A stretch of 64,000 nucleotides of DNA from positions 1 through 64,000 of the IMG/VR virus record IMGVR_UViG_3300005403_000005; one strand, given 5' to 3'. Position numbers and translations under genes: made by a program. This document shows, one piece after another, positions 47,163 to 56,334 of the stretch. Every line of letters begins with the position of its first letter. Position 1 is the first letter of the stretch. This stretch comes from a virus. Taxonomy: Duplodnaviria; Caudoviricetes. A model generated the notes under the pieces. That model saw only the letters and a program-made list of their open reading frames with translations. It made no database searches and had not been told where the DNA came from.

Positions 47163-48260
47163 ATGAAGGACTATCAGAGAGTTAAGTGTGAAATTTGTGG
47201 CGAGGAGGCTCACTTCATCGAAGCGCACCTGAAGAGCGCACATCCCGAGATGACCATCGATGATTACGCCGCCAAGTATCCCAGCTCTCCCATCATGTCG
47301 AAGATTGGTGAGGAGCGGCGTAAGGAGCTTATTTCCCAAAATCAGCAGTCTCCCATTATCGGGAGCATCAAGCGCCTGTTTGGATGTTCTCCCTTTGGGA
47401 GCGTTGATGACATCATGATGTTCTCAGCGCCCCACAATACGACGCCGAAGATTGACGACGCGTACCACTTCGACAAGAAGCTTCTTGCCTCATGCCTCTA
47501 TGCCATAGTGAACCGGAATAATCCGGTTCTCCTTACCGGACCCACGGGAAGCGGCAAATCCTCCATCATCACGCAGATTGCGGCACGCCTCAATCGCCCC
47601 TTCTTCCGCATCAACTGCGATACGGATGTGACGCGGGCTGATTTCGTAGGGCAGTGGGTGCTCCGTGGCAAGGATATGGTGTTCCAGTACGGCATCCTCC
47701 CTATCGCCATGAAGACCGGAGCGATTCAAATTGTCGATGAATGGGATACTGCCAATCCTGGCGTTGCAATGACGCTTCAAGCTGTCCTTGAGGATGACGG
47801 GAAGCTGACCATTGCGGAGACTGGGGAAATCATCGAGCCGCACGAGAACTTCCGACTCTTCTGCACTGCGAACACCTTGGGGATGGGGGATGAGACTGGA
47901 CTCTACAATGGTACTCAGCCTCAGAACTTTGCGCAACTCGACCGATTCAAAATCGTCGAGCACGTAACGTATCCCAGCGCATCCGTTGAGCAAAGCATCA
48001 TCAAGTCTAAGACGGGCATCGATGATAGTGACATCCTCAATAAACTCACGGAATTCGCCCGATTGGTTCGTGAGGCGTTTATCAAAGAGGAGATTCGCGT
48101 CACGATGTCCACACGCACCATAATCAACGTGGCAGAGAAGATTGTCGATTTCGGGGATGTGGGAACTGCATACCGCATGAGCTATGTCAATAAGTGCTCT
48201 GGCGAGGATAAGAAGTTCGTCGGTGAGTGCTTGCAGAGAGTCTGGGCAATCCGGGCGTAG
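47163..48260 (+). CDS. CobS/MoxR-family AAA+ ATPase with N-terminal C2H2-like zinc finger
   Basis: CEICG...H...H finger; GPTGSGKS, RINC, VDEWD, FRLFCTANT, AQLDRF motifs. Confidence 0.9.
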   Translation: MKDYQRVKCEICGEEAHFIEAHLKSAHPEMTIDDYAAKYPSSPIMSKIGEERRKELISQNQQSPIIGSIKRLFGCSPFGSVDDIMMFSAPHNTTPKIDDAYHFDKKLLASCLYAIVNRNNPVLLTGPTGSGKSSIITQIAARLNRPFFRINCDTDVTRADFVGQWVLRGKDMVFQYGILPIAMKTGAIQIVDEWDTANPGVAMTLQAVLEDDGKLTIAETGEIIEPHENFRLFCTANTLGMGDETGLYNGTQPQNFAQLDRFKIVEHVTYPSASVEQSIIKSKTGIDDSDILNKLTEFARLVREAFIKEEIRVTMSTRTIINVAEKIVDFGDVGTAYRMSYVNKCSGEDKKFVGECLQRVWAIRA

Positions 48261-48268
48261 GAGGAATC

Positions 48269-48832
48269 ATGTTTGATGCGAATCACAGTAAACTTGTGAA
48301 AAGCTATGCCGATATTCACCATCGCTCCCTTCGGGCGATGGGCTTGTGGATTGAGAAGGAAGACCTTGAAGGGGAGTTCTTCCTCATCTTGGCTAAAGCG
48401 TACAAGATGTTTCGTGACTCTGATGGTCGTAATGCCAAATTTGAAACGTATGTTATCTCGGCCATAAATAATAGGTTTCTGGATATTCGCAACAAGCTGA
48501 TTTACGACGCCAAGTGCGGGGCAGCGCACCGCCCGACAGAGCAGGGGAGTGGGCTGTACGGGATTCAGACTGTGGATGTCGTTTCGACGATAAAGGAGGT
48601 CTTCGCCTCCCTCTCGGCAAAGGAAAGGGAGGTTATGCGCGAGTTGATTTCCCCCACGGAGGAGATTGTCGAGCGCATACCTGATGGCTGTTCCCAGCGG
48701 GTCTATCTTGGCAAAGTCCAGAGAGCGATATCCGAAGTCCACGGATATTCCTACACTGAGGTTAAGAATATGGTTAAAAAGATTCGTGGTAAGGTTAAGA
48801 AATCACTTGCCTATTGTCAGAAAATAAAGTAA
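48269..48832 (+). CDS. Phage sigma70-family (ECF-size) sigma factor
   Basis: Region 2-like EDLEGE..L..A...F......KFETY....I.N...D and region 4-like LSAKEREV. Confidence 0.75.
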   Translation: MFDANHSKLVKSYADIHHRSLRAMGLWIEKEDLEGEFFLILAKAYKMFRDSDGRNAKFETYVISAINNRFLDIRNKLIYDAKCGAAHRPTEQGSGLYGIQTVDVVSTIKEVFASLSAKEREVMRELISPTEEIVERIPDGCSQRVYLGKVQRAISEVHGYSYTEVKNMVKKIRGKVKKSLAYCQKIK

Positions 48833-48867
48833 ATACTTAATATGAATCACGAAAGGAGGATGCTGTT

Positions 48868-49344
48868 ATGACCCCACCAAAAAAGGAAGACAATCTCTCA
48901 AAGCTTGAAGTTCGCATTCACGAGTTGGAGCGCTATATCGCTGATAAGTCGTGCTTTGGTTTGAAGATGGATGGCGCTGATGGCTGCGCTAAGTGTGAGC
49001 TGGGCGATATCTGCCCCGAGTACATCGATGAGCGGCTTGTGATGGAAGAACGCTCCATGTGGGCAGAAGAGGCAGAAGAAGCTGTCGATTCCGAGCTTGA
49101 GGAGCTTGGTGAGAAGAAAGTTGTCGAGAAGAAAGAGGATGATTCCGCAGATTCAGTCTGGGTGAAAGCAGTGAAGCGCATCACCAAGGATAAGCCCTCG
49201 ACGCTCGATGGCGTGGTTCGCATCATGGTCGAATTCGGCATGAGCGATGTGGTTGCGGGGAAAGCTTCGGCAGCGGTCATCAAGAATCTCGTTGCAAGTG
49301 GCATCATGGAATTCGATGGCTCTGCTATCACGTGGAAGAAGTGA
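48868..49344 (+). CDS. Hypothetical acidic protein with Cys cluster
   Basis: RBS AAGGAGG. Confidence 0.75.
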   Translation: MTPPKKEDNLSKLEVRIHELERYIADKSCFGLKMDGADGCAKCELGDICPEYIDERLVMEERSMWAEEAEEAVDSELEELGEKKVVEKKEDDSADSVWVKAVKRITKDKPSTLDGVVRIMVEFGMSDVVAGKASAAVIKNLVASGIMEFDGSAITWKK

Positions 49345-49760
49345 TGGGCGAGGATGATAAGCTCGACGCTTTTGTGTACGCAGTCAATGCGCTCCGCAAT
49401 GGCTCCGATTATAGCATCGAGGATTTTGAAGGCTGCGTTACGTTCTATTACGAGGATAGGCGAAGAAATCACGACGAAGAGAAGGGAGGGGACGGCATGG
49501 AATGGGTGAGATTGACGATGAAGTGGGGGAAGTCGTGTAGCGAGTGTGGTGTAAGCCTCCCTGTGGGAGCTGTGGCATTTGGCAGACGCGAAGATGCGAC
49601 TGGGGGGTGGATATTCAAATGCCACGATTGCAATGTCTCGGGGCGGGATTCCGACATCAACAGAAGCATCGAGCCTGAAGTAAAGCCTCCTCCTCCAAAG
49701 CCAAAGAAATCGCCACTCGAAGAGATAAAGCTAAAGGCACGATGGAGGCTTACTGAATGA
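49344..49760 (+). CDS. Hypothetical protein with CxxC pairs
   Basis: Coupled to 48868; CSEC...CHDC. Confidence 0.6.
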   Translation: MGEDDKLDAFVYAVNALRNGSDYSIEDFEGCVTFYYEDRRRNHDEEKGGDGMEWVRLTMKWGKSCSECGVSLPVGAVAFGRREDATGGWIFKCHDCNVSGRDSDINRSIEPEVKPPPPKPKKSPLEEIKLKARWRLTE

Positions 49761-50182
49761 GCAAATACGTAGCACGATACAGCATCGCATCATCAAGTTC
49801 AAGTTCACGGCACTATACGGTTTCATTTGCACCTGATGGCGTTGGGCAATGCTCCTGTGTCGCATGGACTCGAAAGCGCATCAGGTGCAAGCATATCGCG
49901 GAGGCAGAGCGTGTTCATCACGATGATATCGCAATGACATTCCTCAGGTACTATCGTGACATCCATAAGACACTGCCCATTACGATAGCCGCGAGAGAAT
50001 GGTATAACAAGGGAGTTGGGATTGAGGCAAATCCGCTCACCAACCAGAAGCCTGATATATGGGCTGACGAGCCACCTCCACCGAAACCACCGCGAAAGCA
50101 GAGGGGGAAGCCTGCTGTCAGCGATGATGACAAGACAGCTTTGGAACGCATTAAGGACAATGCGCGGTGGAGGCTGAAATGA
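49757..50182 (+). CDS. SWIM zinc-finger protein
   Basis: CSC....(R)CKH SWIM pattern. Confidence 0.75.
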   Translation: MSKYVARYSIASSSSSSRHYTVSFAPDGVGQCSCVAWTRKRIRCKHIAEAERVHHDDIAMTFLRYYRDIHKTLPITIAAREWYNKGVGIEANPLTNQKPDIWADEPPPPKPPRKQRGKPAVSDDDKTALERIKDNARWRLK

Positions 50183-52242
50183 TTCCATTTGTTCATCTCC
50201 ACCTCCATTCGCATTATTCGACGCTCGATGGCCTGGGGAAGGTCGATGAGATTGTGAAGCGTGCAGTCGAGATTGGTTCTCCCGCTGTCGCAGTCACGGA
50301 CCACGGCTCGATATCCTCGCTCCCCGAGCTGTTTGCGGAATGCGAGAAGGCGGGAATCAAGCCAATCCCCGGCTGCGAATTCTACGTTGTTGATGATGTA
50401 GAGGGGAAGAAGGGGGAGCGCAGGATTCACCTCACGGTCTGGGCGAAAAGCTGGAAGGGTGTTCAAAACATCCTTTCCCAGCTTACCGCCGCAAACAAGC
50501 AATTCTACCATCGTCCACGGCTTACGTGGGAGCAGGCGATGCAGTTCGAGGAGTGTTGTATCGGCACTGCATGTACCGTTGGGCCGCTCATGTGCGATGA
50601 CTACGAGGATAGGGTTGTGAAGCTATCCTCCGTCTACGGGGAAGACCTCTACCTTGAGATAATGCCAAACGTAATATCGGAGGATGGGCAGGATATCCAG
50701 AGCATCGCCAATAATCGTGCGATTGAGATGTCCCAGAAGTACGTCATCAAGCTGATAGCAACCAATGATGCGCATTACGTTCGCCGGGAAGACTCCTTCA
50801 CCCACGAAATACTCCTCGCCATCCAGAGTGGCTCCACGCTCAAAGACCCGAACCGCTGGAAGTTCGGGAGTGACGCCTTCTACATGAGGGATGGCGCAGA
50901 GATGATTTCCGCATGCCAGAGCGTCGGTATCCACTCGTCACACACCATCTCCGCAATAGCAAACACCATTGAGCTTGCCAACAAGATAAATGTCGAGATG
51001 CCCAAGTTCGAGGTGAAGCTTCCCAGCCTCTATCCAGATGATGCCGCAGTCTTTCAGCAGAAGGTGATGGATGGCTGGAATAAGCTGATTGTGGCAACAG
51101 GGAAGGTGAATCAGGAATACAGGGAGCGTCTTGTCTATGAAATTGGCGTTATCAATAAGCTTGGTTTTATTCGCTATTTTCTTATTGTTGAGGACATCAT
51201 CAATTGGTCGCGTGCCAATGGAATTATGGTTGGTCCTGGTCGTGGTTCTGCTGCTGGCTCCCTTGTGTGTTATCTCATGGGTATTACACAAGTTGACCCA
51301 ATTCGTTTCGGACTATATTTTGAGCGATTCCTGAACCCGGAGCGGATTGACCTCCCTGATATCGACGTAGATTTCGCGGACAATCGCAGGGATGAGGTTT
51401 TCGCATACATCAAGGCGAAGTATGGCGATGATAAGGTGGGGCGGATAGGGACATTCAACGCCATGCAGATTGCCGGGGCTTTCCGCGATGTCGCCAAGGT
51501 CTATGATGTCAACCTCCTGACCGTAAACATGCTCTCCAAGCAGATAGAGGATGTCGAATCCTTTGAGAAGGTTCCGGAGCTTGCGAAATTCAAGGCGGAT
51601 AATGCCGCTCTGATGGAGCAGGTCTTCAAGATAAACGGGACGATTCGCAGTCTCGGGACTCACGCATGCGGCTTGGTCATCTCCTCCGAGCCCCTCGTAA
51701 ATACGGGTGCCATTGAGAAGCATGGCGATAGCGAGACAATCAACTGGGATAAGAATGTGGCTGAGAAATTCGGACTCCTGAAGGTTGATATTCTCGGACT
51801 ATCGACACTCTCCATCCTCTCCAAGGCGAGGGATATCATCAAGGTTCGTCGTGGCGTGGATATCGACTTCACATCAATCCCGCTCGACGACCAGAAGACG
51901 CTTGAGCTCTTCCGCAGGGGTGAGGGTGTCGGGGTGTTCCAGTTCGAGAACTGTATCTCTGGCGATGCGATTGTTGATGGGGTTAAGCTTAAAGACCTTT
52001 ATGTGAAAAATGTCTATAAATCTATTCGCTGCCTAGATGAATCGTCAATGGTGATAAAGAAGGGCAGGGTAAAGAAGGTTGTTTACTCTGGGGTGCAGAA
52101 GGTCTTTAAGCTGAAGACGAAAAATGGCAAGGAGCTTAGGCTCACAGAGGAGCATCCAGTTTATGTAAGGGGCGCAGGGTGGGTAAAATTGAAGGATGTT
52201 AAGGAGGGTGATGAAATCCTTACGATAAGGAGGAAGTTGTGA
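50179..52242 (+). CDS. dnaE: DNA polymerase III alpha, N-terminal part (PHP + palm) ending in a 96-aa intein N-fragment (51952-52239)
   Basis: HLHLHSHYS.LDG, TDHG, GRGSAAGSL, PDIDVD, HACG, KVDILGL; GVFQFEN then CISGD...EHP...W...GD intein blocks A/B. Confidence 0.95.
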   Translation: MIPFVHLHLHSHYSTLDGLGKVDEIVKRAVEIGSPAVAVTDHGSISSLPELFAECEKAGIKPIPGCEFYVVDDVEGKKGERRIHLTVWAKSWKGVQNILSQLTAANKQFYHRPRLTWEQAMQFEECCIGTACTVGPLMCDDYEDRVVKLSSVYGEDLYLEIMPNVISEDGQDIQSIANNRAIEMSQKYVIKLIATNDAHYVRREDSFTHEILLAIQSGSTLKDPNRWKFGSDAFYMRDGAEMISACQSVGIHSSHTISAIANTIELANKINVEMPKFEVKLPSLYPDDAAVFQQKVMDGWNKLIVATGKVNQEYRERLVYEIGVINKLGFIRYFLIVEDIINWSRANGIMVGPGRGSAAGSLVCYLMGITQVDPIRFGLYFERFLNPERIDLPDIDVDFADNRRDEVFAYIKAKYGDDKVGRIGTFNAMQIAGAFRDVAKVYDVNLLTVNMLSKQIEDVESFEKVPELAKFKADNAALMEQVFKINGTIRSLGTHACGLVISSEPLVNTGAIEKHGDSETINWDKNVAEKFGLLKVDILGLSTLSILSKARDIIKVRRGVDIDFTSIPLDDQKTLELFRRGEGVGVFQFENCISGDAIVDGVKLKDLYVKNVYKSIRCLDESSMVIKKGRVKKVVYSGVQKVFKLKTKNGKELRLTEEHPVYVRGAGWVKLKDVKEGDEILTIRRKL

Positions 52243-54395
52243 TTGAGTATCAAGCGAAGAATGGTCGGTGGTATGTGAGGTTTTCGACTATGAGTGATGC
52301 CCACTTGATAGAGCGATTTGGCAAGGATAGGATGTTTAGGTCGCATTTTGTATATTGTTGTGCGCATGGTTTAAGCTCCATTCCTGAAAATTGTGTAATT
52401 CACCACAATAATCGGGATAAATCTGACGATTCTTTGTCAAATTTGACACTTCTTGGCGTCGACGAGCATATTGACATCCATAAGGTTGAAAATGCAGAAA
52501 GGGCCTCTAAGGTTCATAGGGGAAGAAAGTGTAGTCAGAAAACTATTGAGCGTATGCGAAGCGTAGCAGGAAGGCGCGGCAATAATGGCATGTGGGAGAG
52601 CAAAGTGTGCCACTCTAAGGAGACAAAAAAGAAGATGTCAGAGTTGCAGGCAGGAAAAGACAACTCTTGTTTTCGGAGTGATATCGACCCAGAGTTGGTG
52701 AGGCTGGAGTATTTTGAGGAGCCCAATATTGCGAAGATTTCAGACAAGTTTGGGTGCTCAAATATAGCGATTAGAAACCGAGTTCAAGACTTGAATGACG
52801 GCTGCGACATTGAGTGGAGCGAAGTCCTCTCTATAGAGGAGGATGGAGAAGATGATGTTTATGATATTCAGATGGAGGGGAATTCACCATCATTTGTGGC
52901 AAATGGTGTAGTTGTGCATAACTGTGGCATGCAGTCGCTTCTTCGTGGCATCGAGTGCTCCACTTTTGATATGGCGACTGATACGACAGCGCTCTTCCGT
53001 CCGGGCTCGCTCAATTCCGGGCAGACTGCCCAGTACGTCCGTATCGCGAAGGGCGATGAGTATGAGTATTATGAGACTCCGCTTCTCAAGCCTATCCTTG
53101 GACCAACGAAGGGAATCCTCGTCTACCAAGAGCAAATCATGCAGATATTCGTTCAGCTCGGCGGCTTCTCATGGGCTGGCGCTGACAAGATGAGAAAGAT
53201 TATCGGCAAGAAGCTCGGCAAGGATGAGTTCGAGAAGCATCGTGCTGGCTTCGTGGATGGCTGCGTGGTGAATGGGATAGATGCCAATGCTGCTTCATCC
53301 CTCTTCGACAAGATGGCGGAATTCGCCGCTTACTCCTTCAATAAGTCGCATGCAGTGGCATACACAATGCTCTCCTTCTGGTCGATGTATCTCAAGGCCC
53401 ACTTCCCAGCCGAATTCTTTGCCGCACAACTGGGGAACAGCTCGGATGAGCGGATAACGCTTCTTTCCCGCGAAGCGGAGCGGTGCGGAATCAGGATTAG
53501 GTTGCCAGATGTCAACCTATCAACAGATGAGTATGTGATTGACGAGGATGGCGCAATAGTGCCTCCGCTGGGCATCGTGAAGGGGATAGGCACAAAGGCT
53601 GTTGAGGAGATTCTCAGGGCTCGCTCCGATGGTGCATTTCTCTCTGAGGCTGATTTTCTCTCCCGCGTCCAGAAGCGTCAGTGCAATTCGAGAGTTCATG
53701 GAGCTCTTGTCCGTGCTGGTGGCTTTGAATCTCTGGGCGTGCGGGAGGACAGGGAAGAGGAGCGTGTCAAGAATTTCTCCGAACTGCTCCCCACGTACAA
53801 CAATACGCCAAAGCTGGCGAAGGGTGGTGGGAATCTCAATCTCGCGGAGTTGAAGTCGATTCTCACCAATAGTGCGGTTTGTGCTTCAACTGCGAAGCGG
53901 AAATACCTCATGCCAGTATTCCCACAGAACACTGCGAAGCCGAGTATCATGATAATCAACAACCCGGTGAAGCGGGAGTACAAGCATCTGACGGCGGATA
54001 GCACAAAGTTTCTCGTCACTGAGCTGAAGGAGGTTGGGATTCTGGCAAGGGATATCTACTACACATCCCCCGTCAAGTGCTTCTTCGACCCCAAGGGTTC
54101 CCCAGCACAACCAACAAAAGAATGCGAGGGGAAATGCACCGATTATCTCCGTCAGGAGATAGTAGCAGTGGGGCCGAAAATAATCGTCTGCTTCGCTTCA
54201 AGCCTTGTGCATCTCTTCACAGGGGATAAGAAGGCGAAGATGTCATCCCTGCAAGGTCAGGTGATATACAGCAAGCAGTTCGGCTGTTACGTTCTATTCT
54301 CCTGCTCCCCGCAGTTCGCATTCTTCAGCGAGGGTGGCGAGAATATGGATAAGTTCAGGGCGGCAATTCAGACGCTCGGTGGAATCTTCAAGTGA
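52239..54395 (+). CDS. dnaE: HNH endonuclease - intein C-fragment (to 52922) - DnaE C-terminal part - UDG-like domain
   Basis: GTG start with SD TAAGGAGG; VIHHNNRDKSDDSLSNL HNH; VYDIQ...FVANGVVVHN|CGMQ intein blocks F/G; YQEQIM, FNKSHA; UDG family 4-like C-terminus. Confidence 0.92.
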   Translation: MIEYQAKNGRWYVRFSTMSDAHLIERFGKDRMFRSHFVYCCAHGLSSIPENCVIHHNNRDKSDDSLSNLTLLGVDEHIDIHKVENAERASKVHRGRKCSQKTIERMRSVAGRRGNNGMWESKVCHSKETKKKMSELQAGKDNSCFRSDIDPELVRLEYFEEPNIAKISDKFGCSNIAIRNRVQDLNDGCDIEWSEVLSIEEDGEDDVYDIQMEGNSPSFVANGVVVHNCGMQSLLRGIECSTFDMATDTTALFRPGSLNSGQTAQYVRIAKGDEYEYYETPLLKPILGPTKGILVYQEQIMQIFVQLGGFSWAGADKMRKIIGKKLGKDEFEKHRAGFVDGCVVNGIDANAASSLFDKMAEFAAYSFNKSHAVAYTMLSFWSMYLKAHFPAEFFAAQLGNSSDERITLLSREAERCGIRIRLPDVNLSTDEYVIDEDGAIVPPLGIVKGIGTKAVEEILRARSDGAFLSEADFLSRVQKRQCNSRVHGALVRAGGFESLGVREDREEERVKNFSELLPTYNNTPKLAKGGGNLNLAELKSILTNSAVCASTAKRKYLMPVFPQNTAKPSIMIINNPVKREYKHLTADSTKFLVTELKEVGILARDIYYTSPVKCFFDPKGSPAQPTKECEGKCTDYLRQEIVAVGPKIIVCFASSLVHLFTGDKKAKMSSLQGQVIYSKQFGCYVLFSCSPQFAFFSEGGENMDKFRAAIQTLGGIFK

Positions 54396-54404
54396 GGTGA
54401 ACGT

Positions 54405-54599
54405 ATGGGTATGAAGTGGGAGCAGATTGACGATTATCATGTCAGGGCTAAGATTCCTGGCGGCTGGCTTGTGAAGGCATTTGAGGGTGTTTGTCACAAC
54501 ATGATAAGTGATGGAAGGGGCATGATGGATGGTTATGATTTCAGAGTCGCCATGTGTTTCGTTCCAGACCCCAAGCATGAGTGGGCCATCGAGGAGTAA
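54405..54599 (+). CDS. Hypothetical protein
   Basis: RBS GAGGTG. Confidence 0.65.
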   Translation: MGMKWEQIDDYHVRAKIPGGWLVKAFEGVCHNMISDGRGMMDGYDFRVAMCFVPDPKHEWAIEE

Positions 54600-54602
54600 G
54601 AA

Positions 54603-54812
54603 ATGTTCTTTTCAACAGAAGTAGCGTGTGAGTGTGGCGTAAAATTGGCGGCAGATAAGTCGTACAGTGATGTCCTCAGAATCACCTGCCCCAGATGTCT
54701 TAGAGCTATTCCCTTGGAGCTTGTTGGCATTGGTATCAATGACTGTACGCTCGTTCGCAGTGCCAAGAGAATTCCTGAGAAAAAAGCGCTTCATGGCTCG
54801 CTTTTATATTGA
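54603..54812 (+). CDS. Small zinc-ribbon protein
   Basis: CEC...CPRC. Confidence 0.55.
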   Translation: MFFSTEVACECGVKLAADKSYSDVLRITCPRCLRAIPLELVGIGINDCTLVRSAKRIPEKKALHGSLLY

Positions 54813-54837
54813 CTTAATCAACTACTTAATGTATAGT
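54809..54837 (+). promoter_or_regulatory. sigma70-type promoter TTGACT-17bp-TATAGT with operator-like spacer
   Basis: Identical to the promoter at 47106. Confidence 0.85.
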
Positions 54838-54915
54838 GATTGCAGATGATGCGCGGAAAGTGGATTAAATCATGATGACATTAAGCAACTACACGATAGA
54901 GAGGAGGTGAACATC

Positions 54916-55338
54916 ATGAGCGATATGACGAAATTGCGGAATCTGGAAATCGACCAAACAAAGCTTGATGAGGAGCTTTGCACCCAAGCATCGAACTTTC
55001 TGTTCGTTGCAGAGAAATCCGTGGAGTTGGAGGCGAAGTACCTTGCCGCGAAGCTTCAGCATGACACACTCTGCGCCCAATTGGATGGCGAAATCAGAGT
55101 CGAGCTTGATGCAAAGGGCCAGAAAGCAACTGAGAAGATTGTCGAGGCGCAGTTGCTTCTCAATGAGAAGTATCAGTCCTCGGCGAAGAATCTCAACATC
55201 ATCCGGGCGCAGAAGGAAACCATCAAGGCTCTCAAGGAAGCATGGTACATGCGCAAAGACCTTCTGATTCGCATCGCCATCAATCAGCGGTCGGAAATCG
55301 AAGGACTCACGTCGACATCGGTAAAGGAAGCGGCATAG
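54916..55338 (+). CDS. Helical protein, possibly a UvsY-like recombination mediator
   Basis: Size, coiled-coil character, K.TE..VEA..L pattern; upstream of SSB-like and RecA genes. Confidence 0.5.
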   Translation: MSDMTKLRNLEIDQTKLDEELCTQASNFLFVAEKSVELEAKYLAAKLQHDTLCAQLDGEIRVELDAKGQKATEKIVEAQLLLNEKYQSSAKNLNIIRAQKETIKALKEAWYMRKDLLIRIAINQRSEIEGLTSTSVKEAA

Positions 55339-55371
55339 TCCGCACATCACGTAAACAAAAAGGAGAAGTAA

Positions 55372-56274
55372 ATGGCTAAAGAACTTGCACTCAATGACGA
55401 TTTTCTACGCGAAGTGGCCGGGATGACATCTGCGGAGGATGTTTCCGATGTGAAGTCCCTGCCTGTTCTCAAGATTAATTACGACAGCGATTCGACGTAT
55501 CCGCAGGGAACGTGGGTGCTCGGTCAGCGGAAGAAGGGTGATGCCATCATCGAAGAGGGTGTCAAGGTCAAGGGGCTCGTCGTTCTCGCAGTACGCAATC
55601 GCTATGCGTACTACGTTGAGGACGACACTACGAAGAACTGCAATTCGCCGCTCCACATGCAGGGCGATACGGTCTTCGGCTCCAATTACAAGCAGAAGTG
55701 CGGCAAGACCTGCTCCTATCGGGCGGATGGAATCGACCCGCGCTGTCAAGCTCAGAAGGTTGTCTTCGGACTGGCGCTCACGGAAGACGATAAGCTCGTT
55801 GAGTGCGTGGCGTACCTGAAGGGCTCCGGCTACATGCCTTTCGCGGAGTACATCGAAGAGATGGTCAAGGTCAAGCAGGGGAGTAAGTTCATCACGGTTC
55901 CCACCTTCACCTTTATCACGCTCCTCTCCTCCAAGAAGGCGAAGAAGGGCACTGTTACATACTGGATTCCGGAATTCACTCGTGGGCCGAGCTTTACGAT
56001 TGCCCAAATCAAGTCCTTCGAGGAGAAGCGCCGGTTTGCGCAGGAGTACATCGAATCACTCAATGCCAGCATCGGCGCCCCCCGCAGGGAAGATGATGAT
56101 GTGACGGCTTCCACTGCCACCACTCCACGCCCCGCTACGGAGATTGTGAATGAGGTTCCCCTCGGCGTGGTGAATGTGGGCGAAGAGACTCCTCCGTGGG
56201 AAACTGATGCGTCTGCGGCTCCCGCAGATGACATCGAAGCCGCCATCCAAGCTGCGCTTGGCTCCATGAAGTAA
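55372..56274 (+). CDS. Putative single-stranded DNA-binding/annealing protein
   Basis: Acidic flexible C-tail (..DDIEAAIQAAL); position before recA; highly biased codons. Confidence 0.55.
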   Translation: MAKELALNDDFLREVAGMTSAEDVSDVKSLPVLKINYDSDSTYPQGTWVLGQRKKGDAIIEEGVKVKGLVVLAVRNRYAYYVEDDTTKNCNSPLHMQGDTVFGSNYKQKCGKTCSYRADGIDPRCQAQKVVFGLALTEDDKLVECVAYLKGSGYMPFAEYIEEMVKVKQGSKFITVPTFTFITLLSSKKAKKGTVTYWIPEFTRGPSFTIAQIKSFEEKRRFAQEYIESLNASIGAPRREDDDVTASTATTPRPATEIVNEVPLGVVNVGEETPPWETDASAAPADDIEAAIQAALGSMK

Positions 56275-56294
56275 GCGTTTAATCGGACAACGAG

Positions 56295-56320
56295 AAGGGT
56301 GGCGAAAGCCACCCTTTTTC
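56295..56320 (+). terminator. Rho-independent terminator
   Basis: AAGGGTGGC-GAAA-GCCACCCTT-TTT. Confidence 0.85.
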
Positions 56321-56334
56321 CGCAGGAGACATTC

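Noticed and set aside
45118-48260. Functional cobalamin cobaltochelatase (cobST) as an auxiliary metabolic system
   Set aside because: No CobN or other cob genes; generic MoxR AAA+/VWA pairs are common in phages.
52226-52242. dnaE break as a simple sequencing frameshift inside a contiguous intein
   Set aside because: Disfavoured, not excluded: the break falls right after a complete N-terminal splicing region, with a perfect SD, GTGA coupling and complementary charges.
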